From: Octopus sinensis
Lineage: Eukaryota
NCBI RefSeq assembly: GCF_006345805.1
Contig: NC_043023.1
Coordinates: forward strand, 11,780,001 to 11,844,000
Direction: 5' to 3'
Length of the DNA stretch: 64,000 bases
Part shown: positions 40,291 through 53,224 of the stretch, piece by piece
Numbering within the stretch: the stretch's first letter is position 1
Layout of the letters: each line of letters starts with the position of its first letter
The notes under the pieces: model-generated
What the model saw: the letters and a program-made list of their open reading frames with translations, nothing else
What the model was told of the DNA's origin: nothing
The model's database searches: none
Made by a program: the position numbers and the translations under genes

Positions 40291-41569
40291 GGTACTTGTC
40301 TATTGTCATGGTCCCGGTTTCGCACACGCCGCCGCGTAATTCAAAGTTGTTCATTTTGATATGGCTCAAGAGGCATTATGGACTTTTAAATGGAGATTGA
40401 GAAAAATTGTTTCAATTAGAAAAGCAACATTTCTAGAAAATAGTAAATTGAAGTGTGAACACAGCACCTTACAGAGTATAAGTATATGACATTTATTTTT
40501 AAAATTTAACTTCATTTGTTTTATATTCTAAATAATTTGCAATTTCAAAAAATATATTAATTTTGCGTTTTTTAATTTGATAAATTCTACGGAATAATTT
40601 TGCGCGTTTTTTGATAAATTCTACGGAAAGAATTTAGTGCGAAAAATTTATACATTTATACACAAAGACCTGTTGAGGCAAGCGAAGTTGATATCGAACC
40701 TCATCCCACGACAGGCACCCACGCCAACCCCCTTTGCTTGCGAAGACATGTTGGGGCAAGTGTGGCACCCGGCAAATGCCAGGACCCCTGGACTGGTGGT
40801 ACGTAAAAAGCACTATCCGAATCGTGGCCGATGCCAGAGCCGCCTCGACTGGCACCAATCCGACCGTGGCCGTTGCCAGCCTCTCCTGGCACCTGTGCGG
40901 GTGGCATGTAAAAAGCACCCACTACACTCTCGGAATGGTTGGCGTTAGGAAGGGCATCCAGCTGTAGAAACATTGCCAGATAAGACTGGAGTCTGGTGCA
41001 GCCTTCTGGCTTCCCAGATCCCCGGTCGAACCGTCCAACCCATGCTGGCATGGAGAACGGACGTTAAACGATGATGATGATGAGAAGAAATTAATTCATT
41101 AAGTTTACCAAATTATATACGTCTGTAAAAAAAAAAAAGTTTCACAAATTATATACGTTCGCGTTTGTGTAAAAAAAATTATTAACCAAGTTTTATAAAT
41201 TATTTACTTTGTTCAAAAAATATTATTAATATTAATTAATTTTCAAGAATTATTTAATTTATATAATTAATTCATTAATTTTATTCTGTAAAATAGTAAT
41301 TAATTCATTTATCTGTAAATCCGCGAGGAAAGCGACTATGTAATTTTTTTGTGTAAAATTGAAAATGTTATATATACACACACACACAGACATATATATT
41401 TTTAGTGAAATCCAACACGTTTTTTTTTTAGGGGGGGGTAACGTGCATGCGCGAATTCTGCACTGCGCATGTCACCTCGTAGGATCTCGAGTATCGAGTA
41501 CCTACGTCTGGCGCGCGCGCGCGCGAATTCGCGTGTGAGAAACCGGGACCACGACAATAGACAAGTACC
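40291..41569. mobile_element. GG-terminal DNA transposon M3 (1279 bp) with 9-bp TSD and a nested RTE 3' fragment (about 40655-41083)
   Basis: TIRs GGTACTTGTCTATTGTC(A/G)TGGTCCCGGTTT. TSD TAGGGCGAT at 40282-40290 and 41570-41578. The empty paralogous site at about 61972 has a single TAGGGCGAT. Confidence 0.92.
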
Positions 41570-43222
41570 TAGGGCGATCCTTCGGTATGTGTCCCGTAAG
41601 TGGCTTTGTTTACATTTCTGGAGATAACAGAAACCCTTTTCTCTCACCCCTAACACAAACCGTAACCGTAACCCTAACACCCCATCTATATATATATATT
41701 TTTTTTTTTTTAACATTCTTGAAATGCATCCGGTAGTTCCGGGCCGAATACCGAAGTTACGCCAAAAATAGTGCAAAATAATGTGTAGTAAACGAATATA
41801 CAGAAAAAAAGTTTTCGTCGACGAACGGGGAATCGGTGAGAGGACTTGGAACATTCCCGAATCCCATCCCCGGACCCTCGTTCACCAGCGCGCACTTTTT
41901 CCCCTTTCATATTCGTTTTTTTCTGCACCTATTGCATTACTTCCTTTTTTTTTTCTGTTTTGCTCGCGTCATATATGAAAAATTATGACGGAAATCTGTA
42001 GTTATACCATCATCATTCCTATAATTAAAATAACCTTCAAGCAAATCCGTCTCCACTTACCGTTTTATCAGTGTCTAATTAACAACAGGACAATGTTAAT
42101 TAATGAGGTATTTGTAGTGATGCTACTGTGTAGGGTTCGGCGCGCATGCGCAGAATGGGACTACTTCCGGGTGGCCACCGGAAGTCTTCCCCATGCGCAT
42201 GTGCGGGAAAACATCTCTCGAGCCCGCGAACCTCAAATCTCTCTCCTCGGCTCAAGACGGCACTGCGATCGGTCACGGTTTCCCTGGCTCTGACAGCCAC
42301 ACACCAACTTCAACCAACTTCAACCAACCTCAACGACCAACACCAGCAGTATATCAGAGGCTGTCTATTCCCCCATCAGAGAACGGGAAAAGAGGAACTT
42401 ACCACGGGGTGTGTATGAGAAAAGATGGAAGGAAGTGGAAAAAAAGGTGGGTGTCAGAAACCCAGCTTAACTATGGAGGGAGGAGAGGAAATAAAAGCTG
42501 CGGGGCCTTATAAATTGCCGGGGTTTGAAACTTCGGTTAAGAACTGTGATAAGATTCTACTGGTTATGTAAAGGACAATTTAGAGACGAATTTTTAATCC
42601 AAATGTTATGAAAAATTATTAAAAAGCGAACCTCTTAATTATTTGTTTTGCATGTATGTTATGTATTTGTAATTCTATGTAAACGATTGTATAATCGTAA
42701 TAAAGAAATTACAACGTACAACCATGAATCAATAAGCCAAGTTGTCTGTTCACCTTTAACCTGAGTTTCGTCTGTTTGTTTTCTGCAAGAATTTTGTATG
42801 TGACTAGAAAGGATCTCGACACCCTTCCAGTGCTTCGATGATAGATCCTTTCACGTTACAATTGGTGACCCCTAGTTGAAAAAAAAGAACAGGATAGAAG
42901 ACACAGCGAACAGGTTTTTTTGGGGGGCCGAAGAGCGCGGAAATTCATATTTATTTTCCTATTTTTCTCCTTTTCAGCACGGCGAGGTGGGTCAAATAAC
43001 CTTATTCATCGCACTCAGTACAAAAAGAAAGAAAAAAAAAAAAACACACACACACATTCATTTTTCCTTTTCTGTATTTTGTTTTCTTATTCCTTTTTTT
43101 TTTGCTACCCACGAGGTGCACACAAACACAATTTTGATTTGCCTTGTCGGTTCCACGTGTTCTCTCTCCATTTCTCGACCATACCTTCTGCCCCCTTCTC
43201 ACAGATTCCTTCCGACAAAGGC

Positions 43223-43884
43223 ATGGCTTCAGCTTTGCCTTCATTCACGGGGGATATCGGTCTGTGGTTTGCCCAAGTGGAGTGGTATTTTGATGCACAT
43301 GCCATTTCTCCACAGCAGCAGTTGCACCTGCTATATTCCGGCTTACATCCCCGACTCGCCGCATCGATCAGGGATCTAGTAATAGGTCCCCAACCGGATG
43401 CCACATACGCGTCTGTGAAACAGAAATCCTCCGCCGTAACACACGTTCGGGGGAGAGCAATATTCAGGAGCTGATGGCCGACGAGCAGTTAGGGGACAGA
43501 ACTCCATCCCAGTTTCTGCGCCATCTAAGGGAGCTAAGCGGGGACGCATCGCACGCGCCGCTCTTACGGAGGATATTTTTCTCCAAGTTGCCTGCCCACG
43601 TGCAGACAATACTGGCCGCGGTACTGGGGTCTGTGTCAGTTGATCAGATTGCCACGATGGCCGATAGAATACTGGAATTTCCGAATCCATCTCCATCGCG
43701 AGGCCTCTGTGCATGTATAGGGGGCCCTGCGCAAATTTCACTAACCGAGCGGATCGATGCGCTCACGCGGCGAATCGACGATCTATCCCGTGCGATCGAG
43801 CGCCGACAACGCAGTCGTAGTCGCTCTGCCAAAAGGGCAGATCGGTGTACCCAGCCGTGCACTTTCAAGCCCTCGGAAAACTAA
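43223..43884 (+). pseudogene. gag: Gypsy gag (1-nt deletion near 43421)
   Basis: MASALPSFTGDIGLWFAQVE...QLGDRTPSQFLRHLREL...RSRSRS...CTQPCTF. A single frameshift joins the two ORFs. Confidence 0.85.
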
Positions 43885-46800
43885 GTCCGGAGGAGGTGAG
43901 CACGTCACCTTCCATCGCCATTCCCAAAAATCGTGCAGTTTTTGTAAAAGATCTGGTGTCGAAGAAATTCTTCATGGTAGACACCGGCTCCTGTTGCAGC
44001 ATCTGGCCCCTTCGTCTGGCTGCAGACAAGCCCGAGCGCTCTTCGATTGTCTTGCATGCTATTGACTCGTCTCCCATAACCACTTACGGTCAGATTTCGC
44101 TGCGCCTCGACCTCAACCTTCGTCGAGACTTTCGATTGGTTTTCGTCATCGCTGACATCCCGCATCCTATTCTCGGCGCTGATTTCCTGGATAGGTTTAA
44201 CCTATTGGTGGATGTCAGGCGTCGGAGGCTTCTTGATAGCACGACGTCGCTCTCTACACCGACTGGGAGTTCCACCACTGCGGTCCTTAGCCCGACATTC
44301 TTTGTTGCCACCTCTGGAGACCCTTTTCACTCTCTTTTGGTTTCATTTCCGGAGCTAGTGGACATTGCCTTTAAACCGGAAAAGCCTACCCACTCGACCC
44401 TCCATTTCATCACCACCAATGGGCCACCTGTATTCTCACGCCCCCGGCGCCTAGCGCCAGACCGACTTAAAACGGCCAGAGCCGAGTTTGAGCACATGCT
44501 TCAACTTGGCCTTATACGCCCCTCCACCAGCCCATGGGCATCTCCCCTTCATTTGGCGCGAAAGGGCGAGTCTGATTTTCGCCCGGTTGGAGACTATCGA
44601 CGCCTCAATGCCGTCACAATAGCCGATCGCTATCCGATTAGAAATCTCCGGGACTTTACGGCAAATCTCCATGGTTGTACCATTTTTTCGAAGGTCGATC
44701 TGATACGCGCTTACCACCAAATACCGGTCAACCCAGCCGACGTTCCAAAAACTGCAATCACTACCCCGTTTGGGTGTTTTGAGTTTTTGTACATGAGTTT
44801 CGGTTTGCGGAATGCTACTAGCACCTTCCAGCGTTTCATTGATGAGGTTGTCCGCGGTCTTGATTTTGTGTTTGCCTATGTCGATGACATACTCATTGCG
44901 AGCGACACACGAGAAAATCATCTCCGGCACCTTTCTCAACTCTTCCAGCGTCTTCGCGCGTATAGCATACGCATAAACCCCGACAAGTGTGTTTTCGGAC
45001 GCTCTTCCCTAGATTTTCTAGGGCATCATATTGATTCGACTGGAATCAGCCCCCTCTCGTCAAAAGTCGATGCCATTCAACGCGTCGCACCCCCCACTTC
45101 CTTGCGCCAGCTCAGGCATTATCTAGGGATGGTCAATTTCTACCGACGCTTCATTCCCGGTTGTGCAGATAAGCTGCTACCTCTCACCAGGCTGTTAAAG
45201 GACTCTCATAGAAAGGACAGTCAAGTCACCCTCTCTGTTGAGGCAGTGACAGCCTTTGAGTCCATTAAGAAGGAGCTGGCTTCTGTTTCTTTGCTTGCAC
45301 ATCCAGTTCCTGGTGCTTCTCTCTCTTTGACTGTGGACGCATCGGACACTGCGATTGGCGCTGTGTTACAACACACAGTGGATGACCGTGTTCGACCTCT
45401 AGCCTTCTTTTCCCGTCAACTGCAACCAGCTGAACGACGATACAGCACCTTTGATCGTGAGCTCCTAGCGATCTATCTATCGGTTCGTCATTTCCAGCAT
45501 CAACTTGAAGGGCGAGATTTTGTGATCTATACGGATCACAAGCCCTTTACGTTTGCCCTGTTTTCAAAAACGGACAAACTCTCGCCCCGTGCTTTTCGGC
45601 ACCTAGATTTTATCTCTCAATTTACTTGCAACATTCGACACATACCTGGAAAAGAGAACGTTCCTGCTGACGCTCTCTCTCGCCTTCCAGTTTGCACCCT
45701 TTCGTCTCCTGCTGCTATCGACTTAGCTGCCATATCGCAGGAGCAGCCACCTTTGGCGTCGTTAGATTTAACTTCTCCCAGGTTCTCCTGTTGCCAGTTT
45801 TCCTACCTTCCGCTTCCGTCAGCCGAAGGCACCATTCTTTGTGACACTTCAACTGGATCTCCCAGGCCACTGGTGCCTGAGACCCATCAACGCTGCCCCG
45901 CTTGGAAAATTTCCCCCCACGGAGGCCCGTTTTCGCCATGTCCACATCGATCTGGTTGGGCCATGGCCTGTGAGTCGCGGGTTCTCTTATCTATTAACTT
46001 GTGTCGATCGTTTCTCCCGCTGGCCAGAAGCCATTCCGATAGCAGACATTTCTGCTGAGACTGTTGCGCGAGCTTTCGTTTCAAACTGGATTTCTCGCTT
46101 CGGAGTCCCGTCCCGATTGACAACTGATCGTGGACGACAGTTTGAGGCCTCGCTATTTCGCGAATTTTGGGTATGCACCATATCCACACCACAAGCTACC
46201 ATCCAGCGTCTAATGGATTGGTTGAGCGGTTCCATAGACAGCTCAAGGCCGCTCTTCGTGCCTCTTCGGACCCACAGTCCTGGATCGAATTTCTGCCCAT
46301 TGTGCTTCTCGGCTGTCGGACTGCTGTCAAGGCAGACCTGGGGTTTTCTGCTGCAGAGCTGCTGTATGGTACCACACTGGCATTGCCCGGTACGATGTTG
46401 GTGCCAGACACTTCCCCGCCCCATGATCCGGCGACCTATGTCACCAGACTGCGGGAATATTTTTCAAACCTTCCGCCCATGCTTCCCAGAAAGCAATCTC
46501 CACCGTCCCATCTTCCACCGGATATGAACACCTGGTCGCATGTTTTTGTTCGGGACGATTCTGTGAAGGGCCCACTTGTTTCTCCCTATAAAGGACCTTT
46601 TCGTGTGCTTTCTCGCACACCAAAGGTTTTCACGATTGAGATAAATGGTCGTTCGGAGACCGTTTCCGTGGACCGTTTAAAAAAGGCACATTTTGAGACG
46701 TCTTCATCTTTTGATGACAACCTTGACACACCCACCTATGCACCTTTAACAACACTTTCACCTGCACAAACACCTTCACCTGCACAGACGCCTTTGCCTT

Positions 46801-46919
46801 CACCGGCTCCTACAACACCACCCTCGCCGTCAACGGGTGCCCCGAGCACACCGTGTGTTACAAAATCGGGCAGAACAGTGCATTGGCCCAAGAAACTTTC
46901 AAAAACAATTTACATTTAA
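43845..46919 (+). pseudogene. pol: Gypsy pol (protease, RT, RNase H, integrase), frameshifted in integrase
   Basis: VDTGS, YVDDILI, DASD, HIDLVGP, TDRGRQF and SNGLVERFH motifs. In the -1 frame to gag across GGAAAAC (43875-43881). Breaks near 45890 and 46165. Confidence 0.9.
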
Positions 46920-47754
46920 CTTTAAAATGTTTCTTATTGTATAATAGTATGTACCAAGTCTTCTGGGAGATCGGCAAGCCTTCTGTTTTCTGCAGCACCA
47001 CCACAATATTCTGGTTGCCGTACTTCGCACTCGGAGGGGGGCCCTGTAGTGATGCTACTGTGTAGGGTTCGGCGCGCATGCGCAGAATGGGACTACTTCC
47101 GGGTGGCCACCGGAAGTCTTCCCCATGCGCATGTGCGGGAAAACATCTCTCGAGCCCGCGAACCTCAAATCTCTCTCCTCGGCTCAAGACAGCACTGCGA
47201 TCGGTCACGGTTTCCCTGGCTCTGACAGCCACACACCAGCTTCAACCAACCTCAACGACCAACACCAGCAGTATATCAGAGGCTGTCTATTCCCCCATCA
47301 GACAACGTACAACCATGAATCAATAAGCCAAGTTGTCTGTTCACCTTTAACTTGAGTTTCGTCTGTTTGTTTTCTGCAAGAATTTTGTATGTGACTAGAA
47401 AGGATCTCGACACCCTTCCAGTGCTTCGATGATAGATCCTTTCACGTTACATATTCTTCAATCGATTTCCCCTCATTTTACTAATTAACTGCGCCGATTT
47501 ACTCTTATTTTATAAAATAAATGGCTTTATATCACACGTAACCGTCGGTCTCAGGATTTCATAAACAACAGATCAACATTTCAGTTTTAAAATTATTAAT
47601 TAAGATTAGGAAATTATTAATTAAGACGAGCAAATTATATTTTCCTAATGTTATGGTTATGCTTCGAAATACTGTCACACCGAGAGGTTCACAAAATTCT
47701 ATTATTTTACATTGTTATTAGTATTATTGTTAATGTCAATGTTTGCCGACTTAC

Positions 47755-47886
47755 CGTATTCAGATATTAACAACGATTAATTAACTGCAATTAATCACCG
47801 TGATTACTATTTTCGATGCTTCGTGGGTCAAGTGTTGAAGAGGTTATTTCCCTTTAAACGATTTCATCAATTCTCCAATAGATGGC
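47755..47886 (-). promoter_or_regulatory. First exon and CTCF-like motif of gene D
   Basis: CCAATAGATGGC at 47875-47886. Donor GAATACG/GTAAGT at 47755/47754. Confidence 0.6.
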
Positions 47887-47906
47887 TCTGCTGACTGGCT
47901 ACATTT

Positions 47907-50900
47907 ATAATATAATGAAATTATTGTACACAGTGCTCAGGTGCACCACAACTTGTCAGAAAGTGCATATAAAGTACATGCAGTAATGTACAAATGTCTG
48001 GAAAGCGAACAATGTATGAGTCAGATACATGCTTGTGTGTGTATGGAGGGGAGAAAATCAAGTGTAGTGTTGGCGAATCTCAGGAACCATGGAAGTTTTG
48101 AAGGATGCAGTGCTCCGACAACTAACAACTGATGCCTGCAGTTTGTTCCATGCTTCAGCAACTCTTAGCATGAAAAAGTTGTTCCTAAAGTCATGGGAGC
48201 TGTGCTGTTTTCTTACTTTGTAAATATGTCCACGGGTGTTAGATGGGTGGAGTTTGAAAAGGTGCTCAGAGTTATTGTTTGTACGATGGTTGATAATTTT
48301 ATGGGTGTCTGCCAAGTCAGCTGCCAGACGTCGGAGTTTCAATGTGTCCATGCCCAGGGAAGTAAGGCGTTCAGGATATGGCAAATGCCTGATGGAGGGT
48401 ATTCTTTTGGTTGCATGTCGCTGAACAGCTTCCAGACGATTGATGTCCTGGGCAAGATAGGGGTTCCAGACCGGTGATGCAAATTCCAGGTGAGGTCTTA
48501 CCATAGCTATATAAAGCCGCAGATAGATAGCCGGAGAGTGGCTCACAAAGGATTTGGTGAGTGATGCCAAGACACCCCCAGCCATCTTGACAATTTTAGC
48601 GATGTGTTTTGTCCAACGCAAATCGCTGTCGACAATAACACCCAGGTCACGTTCACATGAAGACTTTTTGAGACTAGTGTTGTGGAGGGAGTAGGTAGAC
48701 GCTGGGTTTCTCCTCCCAAAATGCATGGTGGTACATTTGTCCACAGCCAGCTTGAGTTGCCAGTCCATGATCCACTGCTGCATTGTGTCCAGGTCTGCTT
48801 GCAATAGAGATCTATAGTGTACAGGATTTTACCTCTTTATTTCGAGGTACAGCTTGATGTCATCTGCATATTTCAGCACTGTGGCATTCTTTAAGTTGGC
48901 ATCTATGTCATTAACATATGCAACAAATAAAAGGGGGCCAAGAACAGATCCCTGTGGTACACCAGATGTCATCTCATAGGGCGAAGAGTGCTGTCCTAGA
49001 ACTGTTACAACCTCTTTTTGGCCGAAAATAAAGGACTTCAACCAGTTAAAGAGTTCGTCTATTACACCCAACGCAGAAAGCTTCACCATAAGTCTTTTGT
49101 GTGGCACAGAGTTAAAAGCCTTAGCAAAGTCCAGGTAAACAACATCCACCCAGGATCCGCGATCAGTGATTTGGGTAACGTCCTCAAGAAACTCGATGAG
49201 TTGATTACAGCAGCTGGAGTTAGGAATAAATCCAAATTGTGACAGCTGGATGAGGCTGTGAGACTTCCAGAAGTTCCAGAGGGTTTCTCTGATACAGGAT
49301 TCCATCAGTTTGGCGATGCAGCTAGTAAGACTGACGGGACGATAGTTGACAGGCGATGTGCGGTCGCCTTTTTGAACAGAGGGATGACACTGGCAGTTTT
49401 CCACTGTTCTGGAGTAACACACCATTGTCAAGACAGAATTGGAAGAATAGAGAAAGTTGTCTTAGAAGAAAGTACCCACTGCGTTTGAGAAGTAGGTATG
49501 TAACACCATCGAGGCCAGGAGAGGCATAATTGCGTTTATTCTTTAGTTGGCGTTGCAGCATTGCTGGTGTAAATTGCATAGTAGATATAGAGTCCGGTGT
49601 CAGTGGTGATGAAGATGGAACATTTTGGTCTTCGACAGTAAGGATGCCGGCATAGCATCCAGCAATGATTTCTGCACATTCTTCGGGATTGCCAGTAATC
49701 TGTCCTGTGTGGGGATTGCGAAGGGGACCAACTGGAGAGTGGGGTCTCTGCTTTGAGTGCACATACTTCCAGAAAACTTTGCTGTCAGGGTTAGCTGCAA
49801 TGCGTTGTTCAGATTCAAGCACTGCCTTTTTTGTCATCTGCTTGAGGTGGTTGGCTGACCTATTGCGCTTTTTCCTGTTGCTCTCTGATTTGTGCAATTT
49901 GTATTCCTGTTCAGCATTACGGCATTCTTTCCTGGCAAGTCGGACTGCTGCAGTCTTCCAAATTGCACTATTGGGTGGTTTTTTGTGCTTGCGTGGTACT
50001 AATGCTGCACATGCTGCCCATATTGAATTCAGAATGTTCTGGAGTATAGTGTCCACATCTCCAGAGGCATAAAATTCACGCCAGTTTGGGTGTTGCAGCT
50101 CAGTACAATAAGAGCTCCAGTTTGCTTTATTCCAGTCAAAGCGGGCAGTCTGAAGATGGTTGTGTTTTTTGTTACAACCAATCAGAGACAAGTCGGCCAT
50201 GATCATGGAATGATCAGAGTCACCTAAAGGTTCTTCGGTAGCGACACTAATGATTGTTTCAGGAGAAGCGGTAAGTAGCAGATCCAAAGTGATGTTACCC
50301 CTTGTGGTGGAGGTAACAACTTGGGACCAATTTGAATTCAGCACCAGTTCAAGGAAATTGTCTGCGCTTTGCGGCCAACGGAAGGCCTCCCAGTCAATCT
50401 CAGGGAAATTGAAGTCCCCCGCAATATACACATATGTGGCTGTTTTCATGGCAGCCACCCTGAGGATATCAAAAAGCTGTGCGTCTTGGCGATAATTTGG
50501 AGGACGGTAAACGACTCCGAGCAGAAGTGCTGACATGGTCAAGTGTATATGGCAGAAAAATACCTCCTGCTGAGATTGGTTCAAATCATCACAGGGGATT
50601 GCCGATAGACTTGATCGAACATAAATCATCACACCCCCTCCACAGCGATTAATGCAGTCTTTGCGGAACAGTTTGTAGCCGGTTATGCTGAAAACTCCAT
50701 CACAGAGTGCAGAGTGTACCCACGTTTCCGTGACTGTGATTAAAATCTGGGTTGATACTTTTGACGTAGGAGACAAAAAGATGCACCTTGTTGCATAAAC
50801 TACGGGCATTCAAGGACAGCAGTTTATATCTGGATTTCAGATGATGATATACAGGGGATGGCTGATTGTTCTTGGTTAGTTTTCCAAGATTTTTGCATTG

Positions 50901-51190
50901 CCAGTTGTTGTTGTGGGTGTAGTCTGCTCAGTCCAACTGGCATCCCTTATCCACGACTCACCAGACTTGACAAATTTCCAGATCTGCCCATCATCGCGGA
51001 GGCTAAAACTCTCCCGTGGCACAGAGTTGCGATTTAGGGAAGCCACGGATCTTAGCTTTCGGCATACATCGGGTGGTAGGCCAGGACGTGTTCTAAAGTT
51101 GATAATGTTGTCACGCCGAGCTCTATCAGCAGCCAGATGGAATGTCCGCGCCTCAGTAAAGCCCGTAAACAACAGCCTTATCAGCCTGGG
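47907..51190 (-). mobile_element. CR1-type LINE, copy 2 (5'-truncated within ORF1, intact 3' tail)
   Basis: Closely matches copy 1. ATT-rich tail at 47907. The 5' junction has TTTG microhomology with the target (empty site at about 56762). ORF2 is frameshifted near 50740 and 49430. Confidence 0.93.
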
Positions 51191-52111
51191 TTTGTCCCGT
51201 TTCATCAATAATTTAAGGTACAGAGAGATCAGTGTCTCTTTGACTGTGGCCATGCTGGAGCACTGCCTTTAGTTGAGCAAATCGACCCCAGGCCTTATTC
51301 TTTGTAAGCCTAGTACTTATTCTATCGATGTCTTTTGTCGAACCGCTAAGTTTACTCTCTTACTTGTTTCAGTCATTTGACTGTGGCCAGACTGGAGCAC
51401 TGCCTTTAGTCGAGCAAATCGACTCAAGGCCATATTCTTTGTAAGCCTAGTACTTCTTCTATTGGTGTCTTTTGCCGAACCGCTAGGTTACGGGTACGTA
51501 AACACACCAACATTGGTTGTTAAGTGATGTTGGTGGGGACAAACACATACATATATATATATATATACGATGGGATTCTTTCAGTTTCCGTCCACCAAAT
51601 CCACTCACAAAGCTTTGGTTGGCCCGAGGCTATAGTAGAAGACACTTGCCCAAGGTGCCACGCAGTAGGACTGAATCCAGAACCATGTAGTTTGTAAGCA
51701 AGCTACTTACCACACAGCCACTCCTAGGCCTAGATAGAGATTAACAAAATAAACACAAAATGCTTAGTCTAATTTTCTATTCCTTATTCTTTATTAACAA
51801 ATTTCTCAAAATCCAACTGCTGGCATTTTCATTAATTAAGTTATATCAGAGTCAATATTTTTACAGATGACGGGGAAAAAGCAAGTCTTTTAGCAGGAAA
51901 AATGAACTCAATTACGGAGATGTACTTGCATAGCAAGTGACCTGATCTGAGTTGGTGTACTGGAACGAAAACAATTGCAGCGTGGAAGATGTTTCTAAGC
52001 CATTTAAGAAACACACAAAAAGCGTTAGATTCACTTCGACATTTAATTTTAATTTATCAAAATATTTTCGGCGCTTTGAGACTGCGACCTGCTCACTGAC
52101 AAAACTTCATT

Positions 52112-52745
52112 CTGACATTGATTCACTTACGCTCTCCGGCTATCTATCTGCGGCTTTATATAGTTATGGTAAGACCACACCTGGAATTTGCATCACCAGT
52201 TTGGAACCCCTATCTTGCCCAGGATATCAACTGTCTGGAAGCTGTTCAGCGACGTGCAACCAAAAGAACACCCTCCATCAGGCGTTTGCCATATTCTGAA
52301 CGCCTTACTTCCCTGGGCATGGACACACTGAAACTCCGACGTCTGGCAGCTGACTTAGCAGATACCCATAAAATTATCGACCATCGTACAAACAATAACT
52401 TTTCAAAACTCCACCTGTCTAACACCCGTGGACATATTTACAAAGTCAGAAAACAACAGCTCCTTCCATGACTTTCAGAAACACTTTTTCACGCTAAGAG
52501 TTGCTGAAGCATGGAAAAAACTGCCAGCATCAGTTGTTAGTTGTCGGAGCACTGCATCCTTCAAAACTTCCATGCTTTCTGAGATTCGCCAACACTACAC
52601 CTGATCTTTCTCCCCTCCATACACACAAGCAAGCATGTATATGACTCATACACTGTTCACTTCCCAGACATTTGTACATTACTGCTTATGCTTTATACAC
52701 ACTTTTTGACAAGTTGTGGTGCACCTGAGCACTGTATACATTAAT
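52112..52745 (+). mobile_element. CR1-type LINE 3' fragment (duplicated at about 63785-64000)
   Basis: SPAIYLRLYIVMVRPHLEFASPVWNP...; ATT-rich tail. Confidence 0.9.
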
Positions 52746-52812
52746 TTCATTATTATAATTATTATACCCGGTAATTACCAAAGGTAGTTATGGCTTCTCC
52801 CCAGAATACGTC

Positions 52813-53224
52813 GGATCATTTCCGTTTGACCGGCAGTTCTTTCTAGTGGTGTCATATGCAATTGTCACCCATAGTTATGACACTAGTATCGATCTATTGC
52901 ATTTCAATCTGTTTTAGGGTAGGGTTATAGTTAGGGGTGATGGGAAGGGTAACTTTTTTTCTTCGGAAATGTAAATAAACCCAATCTGTTTCTTAAACGA
53001 GGGATATATTCATAAGGCACAGAATGTTTTCACCTCAATAGACGTCAGTGATTGGTTGAAATTGAAAAAAAAAAAACAAATATCTTACAAACCATAGAGC
53101 TTTCTTAATGAAGCCAAGAGAAAGAGATGTTTTATAAACACATTCTACCAGTATATGATGTTTAAAAGTGTTTAGTTACGTGGAAATTATTTTAAAAAAA
53201 CTGCCATTCAAACCGAAAAGATCC
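52813..53224 (+). mobile_element. Complete MITE M1 inserted in a fossil finger
   Basis: Both termini present. Absent from the paralogous site at about 57905. Decayed TSD GAATACGTC / GAATGTC. Confidence 0.85.

Larger units (their letters stand above)
42113..47451 (+). mobile_element. Ty3/Gypsy LTR retrotransposon, CsRn1-like clade, defective
   Basis: TG...CA LTRs at 42113-42860 and 47045-47451. TSD TATT at 42109-42112 and 47452-47455; empty site at about 56335. PBS TGGTGACCCC at 42863-42872 (tRNA-Trp type). PPT GGAGGGGGG at 47033-47041. Confidence 0.95.

Noticed and set aside
42920-43222. N-terminal extension of the gag ORF
   Set aside because: Low-complexity leader sequence with a non-ATG start. 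Gag homology begins at the ATG at 43223.
49322-50809. 495-aa ORF as an intact gene
   Set aside because: It is the LINE ORF2 endonuclease region between two frameshifts; both termini are out-of-frame sequence.
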